20,756 bases of DNA from Candidatus Zhuqueibacterota bacterium (GTDB taxonomy: Bacteria; Electryoneota; RPQS01). The notes under the pieces are model-generated. The model saw only the letters and a program-made list of their open reading frames with translations. It ran no database searches and had not been told where the DNA came from. The first letter of the stretch is position 1. Every line of letters begins with the position of its first letter. Below are positions 1 through 8,130 of this stretch, piece after piece. Made by a program: the position numbers and the translations under genes. The stretch spans positions 1-20,756 of the forward strand of contig RPQS01000064.1 of assembly GCA_003818605.1 (NCBI GenBank), read 5' to 3'.

Positions 1-2122
1 CCCACGGATAACAGCGATTATCCGTGTTCCCTCTGGCTGCCCGTTCCCACTCCGCTTCGGTGGGAAGTCGTTTTCCTTGCCAGGCAGCGTAGTCGCAGGC
101 ATCATACCACGAGACGTTCACCACGGGGTAATTCGCATAGGCTGAATCGGTGAAATAGTCAGGCATACCGGGGAATCCGGGATCGGGCGGATAACTGCGG
201 GCTGTGGAATCGCAAAAAGCTTTATACTGTGCGTTGGCAACCTCGAATCTGTCAATGAAGAACGCCGGCACATGGACAGTGTGGATGGGATGGGAATGTT
301 CAGGCCAGGTAGATCCCATATTATACGAACTTCCCGGAATCAGAACCATACCCGCCATGCTGTCGCTTGTTCCGGTCGTGAAGGACCAGAGAGGACCTTG
401 CGCCGTGTGGTCGTGATCATCATAAACGATAATCCGCCAATAGTAGGTTGTCCAGCTCGTCAACGTTCCCGGATCATAGGTGGCACCGGATTGTGCGGTA
501 CTCACCAGCGAAGGCGTTGAATCCGTCCCGAAATAGACATCATAGGTTAACGGATCCAGATCGGGATCAATGCCTGTCCACGAGAGTACCGAATCAACCA
601 ACTGGCCGATTGCGCCGTCAGCCGGGTATGGGAAAATCGGAACCGGGGGCTGATTCACAACGTTTGTCGCTGCGCAACGGAATCCGTACATGAAGCGTCG
701 CACCGTCGGAGAATAGTTCCAACGATAGCCGCACCGCAAAAATGTGTCCGGAGCGCTCCACGAGCCGCCCCGCAAAACGCGATTGGAGGCGCGTGGAGTG
801 TCAATCCATGCGCTTCCATTAGTAGGGGCGCCATCGTAAGAGGCATGCCAATCATCCTCGCACCATTCCATAACATTGCCTGCCATGTCGAAACAGCCCA
901 CCGGACTGACGCCATTAGGAAAATGACCAACCGGTGATGTATTTGTGTAGCCGTCGGAGGATTGGGAACCGTTTGCGTTTCCCGCAACCCAGGTATCCCC
1001 CCACGGCCATTGACGATTATCCGTGTTGCCTTTAGCCGCCCGTTCCCATTCCGCTTCCGTGGGCAAACGCGCGCCCCTCCATGCGGCATAGGCTTTCGCA
1101 TCATCCCAAGAAACCATGACTACCGGATAATTCGCATAGGTTGGATTGGTGACAACATAATCCGGTGCATCAAATGCCGGAACCAGCGGATAAGCTCGTC
1201 CTGTCGCATCGCAAAACACCTTATACTGTGCGTTCGTTACTTCATATATGTCTATATAAAACGCCGGAACGTGAACCGTATGGATAGGCAGCGAATAGGG
1301 AGGCTGGTAAGCCGCACCCATGCTGTAGGAACCCGCCTGAACGAACACCATTCCCGCGGGCAGAACATCATGATGGCGTAAATAAGTCACCAGCGCCGAA
1401 TCCTGCCCCTCCGCCAGCGTAAAGCTGAGAATCAGCGAATCATAATCCGCATACCGGAATTCGAGCTGGACCGAAACATCATCCAACGTGCGGGATTCTC
1501 CGGTTCGATGCGCGGCGCCCTCGCCGCCGATAGGACTTCTCCTGAACATCGAAACGTGCACTTCCTCGCCGCCGGAGGGTCCATTGCCCGGATCCAGCAG
1601 CACCATCTTTCGGGACTTGATCCCGTTGGGAGTATGCACCACAGTAAAATAGATTCCTCCGGCAATGCGCTGTCCCGTCGCGCTGCGTCCATCCCACCGG
1701 AAATCATAATATCCCGGCTGAAGTTTCCGATGGACAAGCTCCGTTACTTTCTGACCTAATATGTTGTAGATGGATACCCGCACGTCCTGCTGAATCGGAT
1801 TGGTCAGGCTGAAAGTTGTGCCGTTCGAGAAGGGATTCGGATAATTGGGAGTCAGATCAATGGTCTGCGGCAGCAGCGCGCGATTGTTTGAAGCACCGCT
1901 GGTATGAAACGTGTGAGCCCAATGGCCGCTGCCATCCGTCTGAACGGAATCCGTCTGTCCCGCGGAAATATCGGTAATGCGAACCCACGCCCCGGCCAAA
2001 ACGGTCGTATCGTGCACGGAATAGCCGAAGACCGTTCCGTGCAGCGAAACATCATCTAAAGTTTGCGCGGCGGCAAACTGCCCGATCAGCATTAAAACCA
2101 CAACGGTCAGAACGTGCTTCAT
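1..2122 (-). CDS. Secreted tandem FGE/SUMF1-domain protein, partial (C-terminus beyond window start). N-terminal signal peptide, CarboxypepD_reg-like region, internal FlgD-Ig/T9SS-CTD-like beta-sandwich, then two FGE-sulfatase domains separated by an Fn3-like linker.
   Basis: Translated by hand on the minus strand from the ATG at 2122..2120, giving MKHVLTVVVLMLIGQFAAAQTLDDVSLHGTV.... The ORF track lists no stop-bounded ORF in this frame across 1..2122, consistent with an open ORF running off the edge. Hand-translated motifs: LTPNYPNPFSNGTTFSL (rc of ~1790-1850), DAKAYAAWRGARLPTEAEWERAAKGNTDNRQWPWGD (rc of ~1000-1110) and YANYPVVNVSWYDACDYAAWQGKRLPTEAEWERAARGNTDNRCYPW (rc of 1-140). These match the domain order and spacing of the gene at 13153..15603 (EAEWERAA at residue ~355 and ~688 in both). 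Confidence 0.8.
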   Translation of the reverse strand, partial: MKHVLTVVVLMLIGQFAAAQTLDDVSLHGTVFGYSVHDTTVLAGAWVRITDISAGQTDSVQTDGSGHWAHTFHTSGASNNRALLPQTIDLTPNYPNPFSNGTTFSLTNPIQQDVRVSIYNILGQKVTELVHRKLQPGYYDFRWDGRSATGQRIAGGIYFTVVHTPNGIKSRKMVLLDPGNGPSGGEEVHVSMFRRSPIGGEGAAHRTGESRTLDDVSVQLEFRYADYDSLILSFTLAEGQDSALVTYLRHHDVLPAGMVFVQAGSYSMGAAYQPPYSLPIHTVHVPAFYIDIYEVTNAQYKVFCDATGRAYPLVPAFDAPDYVVTNPTYANYPVVMVSWDDAKAYAAWRGARLPTEAEWERAAKGNTDNRQWPWGDTWVAGNANGSQSSDGYTNTSPVGHFPNGVSPVGCFDMAGNVMEWCEDDWHASYDGAPTNGSAWIDTPRASNRVLRGGSWSAPDTFLRCGYRWNYSPTVRRFMYGFRCAATNVVNQPPVPIFPYPADGAIGQLVDSVLSWTGIDPDLDPLTYDVYFGTDSTPSLVSTAQSGATYDPGTLTSWTTYYWRIIVYDDHDHTAQGPLWSFTTGTSDSMAGMVLIPGSSYNMGSTWPEHSHPIHTVHVPAFFIDRFEVANAQYKAFCDSTARSYPPDPGFPGMPDYFTDSAYANYPVVNVSWYDACDYAAWQGKRLPTEAEWERAARGNTDNRCYPW

Positions 2123-2416
2123 GCGGATATCCTCTCCATTTCAGCGGGACAGATGATTCCTTCGGTCCGCGCGAGAGTTACTCTGTTGTGTCTATCGAAT
2201 TTCCCGAAAGAATAAAAACGAACCTGCCTGCTGTCTATTCGACCGTCTAATGTAGCGAACAATTCAATACCAATCAATTTCCCGCGCGTGTATAAGTAAC
2301 TTTTTATTAAATTCCTTACGCATTGACGATAATCCGATCTTATCTCATGAAAATCACGGCCCCACCCGGAATCTGACCGTCTACGGTCATCCTGAACGAA
2401 GTGAAGGATCTCTCTT

Positions 2417-2566
2417 TTCCCTCCGTTCATCGCAGATCTCGCTTCGCGGACCTGCCCCGCAACGCAACCACCGCAAGGTGCACCGCGCCGGATTACTAGC
2501 CAACACCCTCCCGGTTGTTGGTCGCAACCCCCGCCGCAATCTTTGTCTTCTTTCCGCTTTCCTTTT
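2417..2566. repeat. Rep-B copy 1: ~140-150 bp structured repeat, near-identical to 7246..7391
   Basis: CCGTTCATCGCAGATCTCGCTTCGCGGACCTGCCCCGCAACGCAACCACCGCAAGGTGCACCGCGCCGGATTACTAGCCAACACCCTCCCGG(T/G)TGTTGGTCGCAACCCCCGCCGCAAT(C/T)TTTGTCTTCTTTC is shared with copy 2 with only 2 mismatches. It contains a hairpin CCAACACC-N6-GGTGTTGG and a GCTTCGC heptamer. Confidence 0.85.
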
Positions 2567-2663
2567 TTCATCCTTCATCCCTCATCCTTCATCCTTTCTT
2601 ATGTGCGTGGGCGGACACAAGGGGGTCTCTTCTTCGCGGCGGCAGGCATCTTGTCCGTCGAAA

Positions 2664-2718
2664 ACGAGATCTCGCTCCGCGGACCTGCCCCGCAACGCAA
2701 CCACCGCAAGGTGCGCCG
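2664..2718. repeat. Partial Rep-B copy (5' half, ~55 bp)
   Basis: ACGAGATCTCGCTCCGCGGACCTGCCCCGCAACGCAACCACCGCAAGGTGCGCCG matches the first ~55 bp of Rep-B with a few substitutions. Confidence 0.7.
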
Positions 2719-2812
2719 AGCGTGGGTCGCTTCACCCCTCGCGCTCTTTCCGCCGAGCCGGGGCTCCTGACCCGGCCGGAATGATTTCGTTCCGCGTAGG
2801 GACACGGCCTGT

Positions 2813-2856
2813 CCGCGAAGCGAGATCTCGCCGATGTCGGACCGTGTCCGTCTGAC
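2813..2856. repeat. Rep-C module (~45 bp) containing the 12-bp palindrome GCGAGATCTCGC
   Basis: CCGCGAAGCGAGATCTCGCCGATGTCGGACCGTGTCCG resembles 7150..7195. It is flanked by the inverted repeat GGACACGG...CCGTGTCC and contains a GCGAAGC heptamer at 2815..2821. Confidence 0.65.
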
Positions 2857-2888
2857 TTACCGCGTTGGTTTCCGCAACGATATTCGTA

Positions 2889-2914
2889 GCGCCCGGCTTG
2901 CCGGGCTTTTTTGT
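2889..2914 (+). terminator. Rho-independent terminator (orphan, no upstream plus-strand CDS)
   Basis: GCCCGGC-TT-GCCGGGC hairpin (2891..2906) followed by TTTTTTGT (2907..2914). Confidence 0.6.
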
Positions 2915-3043
2915 GGGCAAAATATTTCACACATCGAAATTTAAATTTTATCGGCATAAATACTTATAATTGGATCAAACATCGCATATAATGTCGTCTT
3001 ACTAATATGTTCATATGTATTTTCGGACAATACAATAATTTTC

Positions 3044-3072
3044 TTGACTCTCTGAGTAGTGCATATTAAATT
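3044..3072 (+). promoter_or_regulatory. Sigma70-like promoter for the histidine kinase operon
   Basis: TTGACT (3044..3049), 17-bp spacer, TAAATT (3067..3072), about 80 nt upstream of the ATG at 3154. SD-like AAGGGGA lies upstream of the start. Confidence 0.5.
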
Positions 3073-3153
3073 GAGCAACTTATCGTGAAAAGGGCATGAG
3101 TCGAATTTGCTCCTGGATAGATCAAATGGGTTTTATAGCATAAGGGGAAAAGA

Positions 3154-5340
3154 ATGTCTGATTGCTCAAACGTTGCTGAGTTGATCGAAAAACTCAAACA
3201 GGTTGACCTTCCCGTGGGCTACTATGTTGTAGAAAAGGACGGTCGTTTTTTATATGCTAACAAACTTCTTCTTGATTTGCTGCACCTGAAGGCGGACAAT
3301 TATCTTCAAGCTTCTATTGCAGATAAATATGCGAATCCGGAGGAACGTAAAACTTTTGTTGACATCGTTCTCGGCGCAGCCGCCCGAAATCAACAGCCTC
3401 CCAAACAAGTTATCTCTTTCACCGTAGAAGGTCGGGAAATCTTCGTACAAGACCACTGCTGGCCGATTTATAATCCACCGGAATCTCAGAAGCTCGTAGG
3501 ATTTGTCGGAAGCCTCGTGGATGTCACCGAAGAAGAGCGTTATCGCCGCAAGCTGCCCGTTGGCGTATACCGCGTCAATCCAGAAGGAATGGTTGTCTAC
3601 GTGAATCAGGCCATGGTCAAAATGCTTAAGTATGGCAGTCCAGAGGACATCGTTGACAAGAAGAGCGTTGGCGAACTTTACTTTAATCCCGAGAAAGAAA
3701 AGGAATTCTCGGATTTGCTGAAAGAAAAAGGAGAAGTTGTTGATAAAAAGGTGGAGCTAGTAAAATCGGACGGCCAAACCATCTGGGTTTCCGCTAGTGC
3801 TTATCCGCTGGGTGATCCGAAAGTGGATTGGGTATCGCGCGAAGGTGTGCTGGTGAATGTTACCGTGGAAGAATTATACCGACAGATAATGGAATATGTG
3901 CCTGTCGGCTTATATCGTGTTCTAAAGAAAGACGGAAAGAATATACTCCATGACTGCAACAGACAATTTGATGAAATGTTCGGTTTTGCGCCGGGCACGG
4001 CAAATGGACAGCGAGCCGAAATTGTTCACGTTTCGCCTGAAGATACCGTCAAATATGAAAAAGCTATTCGCGACGCGGACCTTCTCGGACAACCATTAGT
4101 TGGATATGTCCTAAGAACAAAAAAGCAAGATGGGACAATAATCTTTATCGAGGCAAACACTCGGGCTATTCATAAGCGGGGGGAATCCGGAACGGAGAAG
4201 GGTGAAATTATCGGACGGATTGGCGCTCTGCGGGATATCACGAATGAAGTAGCCTTACGCGAACAAGTCAAGGAGTTCACGGAGGATTTCGGTGCCGTTC
4301 TTCATGAATATTCTTCCGCGCTGCTCATGTTAAGGGAGTCCACGGACTCTGCATTGGAATCCCTTGGACAAGATCCGTTTCCAAAGGTAGGCGAAATCAC
4401 TCCTCGGGTGGCAGATCAATCGCTATCCGAACCTGTATCTAAGTTTATTGATTCGTTAATAAGATTGCGTTCTCAGATGAGTGTAAATCGCCAACCGGCA
4501 AATCTAACTCCCGAGGAGTTTGAAGATTTGGACAATTATCAGGTCTTGCTGAAGAATCCTGAAAAGTATATTCCCGAACCCGCACTTAGGCTCCCGGCGA
4601 TACGCGACGCCGTTAAAAACATTCTTAATTTACTGGACAAATTTGAAAGCTCTTCTCAATATCAAGAGCAAATCAAGGATGTGAAAAGGAATGCCGAGGA
4701 AGTGCTTCGTATTTGCAGTCTGATCTACATGCATAAGGCGGGAAATGCCATTCTATCCTTGGGAAAACAAGTTCGTGCCGTCCGCAATTTCGTCACGTTT
4801 CATATTAGAGAAGATAGACGTGATATGCACTTTGTTTCCAAACTCATTGATCAGGCGGTTTCCGAATGGGCCGATTTTGCCCATATCAGGAATGTAGAAA
4901 TCAAACTGGATTACATCCATCCCAATGTTATTCTGAATGTTTCCAAGGACGATGTCGTCCGGGCCATGGCTAATCTCCTTCATAATGCCATCAAGTATAG
5001 TTGGGAGCGGAAACAGGGGGTCCCGCCTTGGGTGGATATACGGACTCGCGTGGTTCAAAAGTGGGTGCACATCGAATTCGAGGATTGGGGTGTGCCTATC
5101 CCTGCTGACGAGATTAAGAATGATGTTTTGTTCCGAATAGGCGTGCGCGGCCGGTTGTCAAGCGATCGGGAACGTGGAGGTACCGGAGTCGGTTTGGCCG
5201 ATGCCCGCCGCGTTGCCCAACGTTACGGCGGTGATGTTACCATTGTCAGCCGTCCCGCCGATTCGAAAGGCAAACCGGACAACTATAAACAGCCGTTTCT
5301 TACCACTGTCACGCTTCGATTACCGATCTTCTCCAATTAA
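3154..5340 (+). CDS. Sensor histidine kinase with three PAS domains and a C-terminal HATPase_c domain
   Basis: 728-aa ORF. Three repeats of the PAS-like pattern VGYYVV.KDGRFLYANK / VGVYRVNPEGMVVYVNQ / VGLYRVLKKDGKNILHDCN. C-terminal N-box LLHNAIKYS and G-box GTGVGLADARRVAQRYGGDVTI. No transmembrane segment, so cytoplasmic. Confidence 0.9.
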   Translation: MSDCSNVAELIEKLKQVDLPVGYYVVEKDGRFLYANKLLLDLLHLKADNYLQASIADKYANPEERKTFVDIVLGAAARNQQPPKQVISFTVEGREIFVQDHCWPIYNPPESQKLVGFVGSLVDVTEEERYRRKLPVGVYRVNPEGMVVYVNQAMVKMLKYGSPEDIVDKKSVGELYFNPEKEKEFSDLLKEKGEVVDKKVELVKSDGQTIWVSASAYPLGDPKVDWVSREGVLVNVTVEELYRQIMEYVPVGLYRVLKKDGKNILHDCNRQFDEMFGFAPGTANGQRAEIVHVSPEDTVKYEKAIRDADLLGQPLVGYVLRTKKQDGTIIFIEANTRAIHKRGESGTEKGEIIGRIGALRDITNEVALREQVKEFTEDFGAVLHEYSSALLMLRESTDSALESLGQDPFPKVGEITPRVADQSLSEPVSKFIDSLIRLRSQMSVNRQPANLTPEEFEDLDNYQVLLKNPEKYIPEPALRLPAIRDAVKNILNLLDKFESSSQYQEQIKDVKRNAEEVLRICSLIYMHKAGNAILSLGKQVRAVRNFVTFHIREDRRDMHFVSKLIDQAVSEWADFAHIRNVEIKLDYIHPNVILNVSKDDVVRAMANLLHNAIKYSWERKQGVPPWVDIRTRVVQKWVHIEFEDWGVPIPADEIKNDVLFRIGVRGRLSSDRERGGTGVGLADARRVAQRYGGDVTIVSRPADSKGKPDNYKQPFLTTVTLRLPIFSN

Positions 5341-5350
5341 GGACATTCCA

Positions 5351-5872
5351 ATGAAACCCAAAATTCTCTGGATCGAGGATGAAGCCACCGGGGATATGTC
5401 ATCCTTTGCCGGCCCCGTCTATGCCAGTATGAAATACGAGTTCGTTATTGCGGGAAATGCTTCTGAAGGTATTCGCCGTATTATCGAAGCCGAATCCTCA
5501 CCTTTTTTAGCCGTGATTGTAGATATTCGTTTGCAGCCCGGTGATACGGAAGAATGGATAGACTATTTCGGTCAACGCGGAAAAGATCCGAAAGCGGCTA
5601 GACTCGGTCGGGAACTCCTGTATTGGCTTTTTAAACACGAACAGGCCAATGTCAAATTAATGGACAAGCGTCCGCAATGGATAGTCAACCAGCAGCATCG
5701 CTTTGGAATTTTATCTGTAGAAACCAAAGAAGAATTAAAGAAGGACTTGGATGAACTCGGAATCACCGAGCATGTTACCAAAAAAGAGGACACGCCTCAT
5801 ACGGTTCTGCTTGATATGATTAAAAAACTCGTTCCGAAGATTTCTAATCCAGCCCGGGAAAGCGAGGCATAA
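5351..5872 (+). CDS. Stand-alone receiver (REC-like) protein with a ~30-aa insertion and a C-terminal extension
   Basis: The ATG at 5351 lies 11 nt after the kinase stop. MKPKILWIEDE (acidic pocket), VIVDIRLQPGD (candidate phospho-acceptor Asp) and FGILSV fit a CheY-like fold. No DNA-binding output domain. The listed ORF 5174..5872 overlaps the kinase, so its upstream part is probably not translated. Confidence 0.7.
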   Translation: MKPKILWIEDEATGDMSSFAGPVYASMKYEFVIAGNASEGIRRIIEAESSPFLAVIVDIRLQPGDTEEWIDYFGQRGKDPKAARLGRELLYWLFKHEQANVKLMDKRPQWIVNQQHRFGILSVETKEELKKDLDELGITEHVTKKEDTPHTVLLDMIKKLVPKISNPARESEA

Positions 5873-5875
5873 CCG

Positions 5876-7120
5876 ATGCCTCCGCAAATTGATATTAACT
5901 GGGCTTGTGTATATTACGAGTCCCTGACGACGTTTCTTGTTTTTGCGCTCGGCTTGCCCGCCCTGCTCTTTCAATTGGCCATGCCCGAGATTCGATATGT
6001 GCTTCATCGAAGGCCGTCCACTTGGCTGCTTTTCTGGATCCCAGCGCCTTGTCTTGCATTCTGCTGTATGGCCTTTATTTGGTGTTTTCATCCTTGCCCT
6101 GACGATAGTTTGTCCATGAGAAAATGCGAAGCTGCCTCATGGCTCATCACTGTAATCTTGATTCTCCTTGTCGTTTGGTCTCTCTTCCTCTCGTTCTGGG
6201 GACGACGTTTGCTGATAAAGATTCTGCGATTTCGAATCACGAGACTTTATGATTCCAATAACAGTATTGACATCGAAACGTTGGACGATCTCATCTATCT
6301 TGGTGAACAGGGCAAACGCGGAAACGAAAAAAAGAGTGTGCTTGATGAACTGAAGAAGCTTGCTGAATATGTTATTCAGAGCGATGGCTACGACGGTTCC
6401 GTTTTGGACAACGTAATAAAGGGTGTCGAAAAAATTGTTGCGAATGGCAAGGAACCGGGCTGTCGTGACGATTTCGAAAGAGCGACTGAAATTCTGATTA
6501 GCATCAAGAACCATTTGAATGTACAGAGTAAAAAAAATCAGTTCGCACTTCAGATTCCAATGAATCAGGGTGAAGGCCTTGTGCTTACTGACGCGCATGA
6601 CTATCGAATATTTCACAAAGTATTGTCATCAGTACAAAAAAAAACGAAGTTAAAAGTGGTCGAGCTCGCTGATAAAAATGACTATCGAATTGTCATAGAT
6701 GTCCTAAGAGATATCTGCCTGTCAGCAGTGAAGCATGAATTCACCTCTACGGGTAAAGACTGCGTTGAGGCTATTGTTCCGAAGAGTACGGCCTTATTTC
6801 AAATTGGCAAATTCGCCTTTCTCGAAGGTCATCATTTTGTTTCGCTCGTATCACTTAATAAATTGGATGATATAGCTCAACGGCAGCTAAAATTCAAGGC
6901 GAATGAAGATGTATTCAATCTCCTCGGCCTCATTGCCTATTTCTGGGCTGGCGGCGAGTCCTCGCGCAAACAGGCGGAAGATTATCTACGTGATGTGAAG
7001 GACATGTTTGATCCTTCTTTCATGGTTTGTACTGAAGCAGCCATCGAATATCATCGTACTTTTCCCCATTACGACACCGCCGACAAACTTCTCATCCTCC
7101 TCCGCGAGTATCCCTTTTAG
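5876..7120 (+). CDS. Membrane protein with four N-terminal TM helices and a large cytoplasmic alpha-helical domain, function unknown
   Basis: 414-aa ORF starting 4 nt after the receiver stop (operon arrangement). Hydrophobic stretches LTTFLVFALGLPALLF, WLLFWIPAPCLAFCCMAFIW and WLITVILILLVVWSLFLSFW. The remainder is charged and helical. No recognisable family. Confidence 0.7.
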   Translation: MPPQIDINWACVYYESLTTFLVFALGLPALLFQLAMPEIRYVLHRRPSTWLLFWIPAPCLAFCCMAFIWCFHPCPDDSLSMRKCEAASWLITVILILLVVWSLFLSFWGRRLLIKILRFRITRLYDSNNSIDIETLDDLIYLGEQGKRGNEKKSVLDELKKLAEYVIQSDGYDGSVLDNVIKGVEKIVANGKEPGCRDDFERATEILISIKNHLNVQSKKNQFALQIPMNQGEGLVLTDAHDYRIFHKVLSSVQKKTKLKVVELADKNDYRIVIDVLRDICLSAVKHEFTSTGKDCVEAIVPKSTALFQIGKFAFLEGHHFVSLVSLNKLDDIAQRQLKFKANEDVFNLLGLIAYFWAGGESSRKQAEDYLRDVKDMFDPSFMVCTEAAIEYHRTFPHYDTADKLLILLREYPF

Positions 7121-7149
7121 TATTTGTGTAGTATCACTGCCTGTCTGCC

Positions 7150-7195
7150 AAGCGAGATCTCGCCGCAGGCCGACCGTGTCCGATGCACAGACACG
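7150..7195. repeat. Rep-C module copy 2
   Basis: AAGCGAGATCTCGCCGCAGGCCGACCGTGTCCG plus CGTGTC...GACACG inverted repeat. Related to 2813..2856. Confidence 0.65.
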
Positions 7196-7206
7196 AAACA
7201 TCATTT

Positions 7207-7238
7207 GCAATAAAAAACGGGCGCACATTCGTGCGTCC
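7207..7238 (-). terminator. Rho-independent terminator for the TetR transcript
   Basis: On the minus strand: GGACGCAC-GAAT-GTGCGCCC hairpin (rc of 7218..7237) followed by TTTTTTATT (rc of 7208..7217). Confidence 0.6.
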
Positions 7239-7245
7239 GCTGTGA

Positions 7246-7391
7246 ATTCTCCCCCCGTTCATCGCAGATCTCGCTTCGCGGACCTGCCCCGCAACGCAAC
7301 CACCGCAAGGTGCACCGCGCCGGATTACTAGCCAACACCCTCCCGGGTGTTGGTCGCAACCCCCGCCGCAATTTTTGTCTTCTTTCAGCTT
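7246..7391. repeat. Rep-B copy 2. It lies between the TetR stop codon (7392..7394) and the TetR terminator. Its GCTTTC-rich 3' tail continues to ~7412 inside the TetR C-terminal codons.
   Basis: Identical to 2417..2566 except 2 substitutions. Here the hairpin is perfect: CCAACACC-CTCCCG-GGTGTTGG. Confidence 0.85.
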
Positions 7392-7991
7392 TCAGATTTC
7401 CGCTTTCCGCTTTTCTTCCACGATTCCCTTCATAATCCCCTTCACCACCCGCTTCACCGACAACGTTTTCGTGCACGTCGTCACATAAGGCACGGCTCCC
7501 TCCACTGCACAAAACAAGGCCGTGGCTTGCGCGGCCGTGTCATGTTTGACCAACTGTCCCTGCTTCACTCCGCACGACAGCATATATTCGTACCAGTTGA
7601 TCATGGCCGCGATCCGCACATTCACATGCGGCCACCACACTTTATTCTGCAGGGTGTGAACGACTCCCAGCAAATAAAATTCCTGCTCCCGCGGATGACT
7701 GGCCCAATACTTCAGATAATCTTCGATAAATTTCCGCAGCCCCGTCACCGCATCCAATCCGCCCGCCGAATTCATCATCACTTGCACGGGTTCGAATAGC
7801 CGTTCACGGACCGCCGCCAACACCGATTCCTTGTTGGAAAAGTAATGATAGAGCGTGGATCGGTCTATCTTCGCACGTTTTGCGATCTTTTCCATTGAAA
7901 CACCATCGTAGCCCCATCGTATAAATTCGCGAAAAGCGGCATTAATGATGTCTTTGATTCTTTTGTCTTTAGCCTGAATTGTGCCGGGCAT
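7392..7991 (-). CDS. TetR/AcrR-family transcriptional regulator
   Basis: 199 aa. N-terminal HTH AAFREFIRWGYDGVSMEKIAKRAKIDRSTLYHYFSNKESV is typical of TetR. The C-terminal helical ligand domain is present. Confidence 0.9.
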   Translation of the reverse strand: MPGTIQAKDKRIKDIINAAFREFIRWGYDGVSMEKIAKRAKIDRSTLYHYFSNKESVLAAVRERLFEPVQVMMNSAGGLDAVTGLRKFIEDYLKYWASHPREQEFYLLGVVHTLQNKVWWPHVNVRIAAMINWYEYMLSCGVKQGQLVKHDTAAQATALFCAVEGAVPYVTTCTKTLSVKRVVKGIMKGIVEEKRKAEI

Positions 7992-8008
7992 TGTCTATGA
8001 GCCTTTCG

Positions 8009-8023
8009 TCAACACTGTGTTGA
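8009..8023. promoter_or_regulatory. Candidate TetR operator: perfect 15-bp palindrome TCAACACTGTGTTGA
   Basis: Located 18 bp upstream of the TetR start codon in the divergent TetR/ssrA intergenic region. TetR-family proteins typically bind 15-bp palindromes overlapping their own promoter. Confidence 0.5.
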
Positions 8024-8130
8024 TAATATAACTTTCGTATGAACAACCATCAAGCCTGCAACTTTTCTTTCCGCTCTTTCGTTTGTATATTGTATTCACT
8101 TTCTATGTCTCATCGGCGGATTGCGGCTTT

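Noticed and set aside
204-1381. Plus-strand ORFs 204..416, 272..520, 448..693, 962..1381 and minus-strand ORFs in other frames (655..1104, 1432..1737, 1479..1697, 1852..2055)
   Set aside because: They overlap the long minus-strand FGE-domain ORF (frame with top coordinate = 1 mod 3), whose translation shows clear FGE and FlgD-Ig motifs. The listed ORFs have Arg/Pro-rich low-complexity products.
2119-2957. ORFs 2119..2571(-), 2387..2578(-), 2478..2855(+), 2515..2784(+), 2543..2770(+), 2589..2957(-), 2599..2805(-), 2732..2920(-), and likewise 7008..7331(+), 7201..7512(-), 7347..7799(+)
   Set aside because: All lie inside Rep-B/Rep-C repeats, including the identical MLVATPAAIFVFF starts at 2515 and 7347. 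They have low-complexity Arg/Pro/Cys-rich translations or are antisense to the TetR gene.
5174-5350. Upstream extension of the receiver gene (listed start 5174)
   Set aside because: It would overlap the last 55 codons of the histidine kinase in another frame. The ATG at 5351 begins the conserved receiver fold MKPKILWIEDE directly after the kinase stop.
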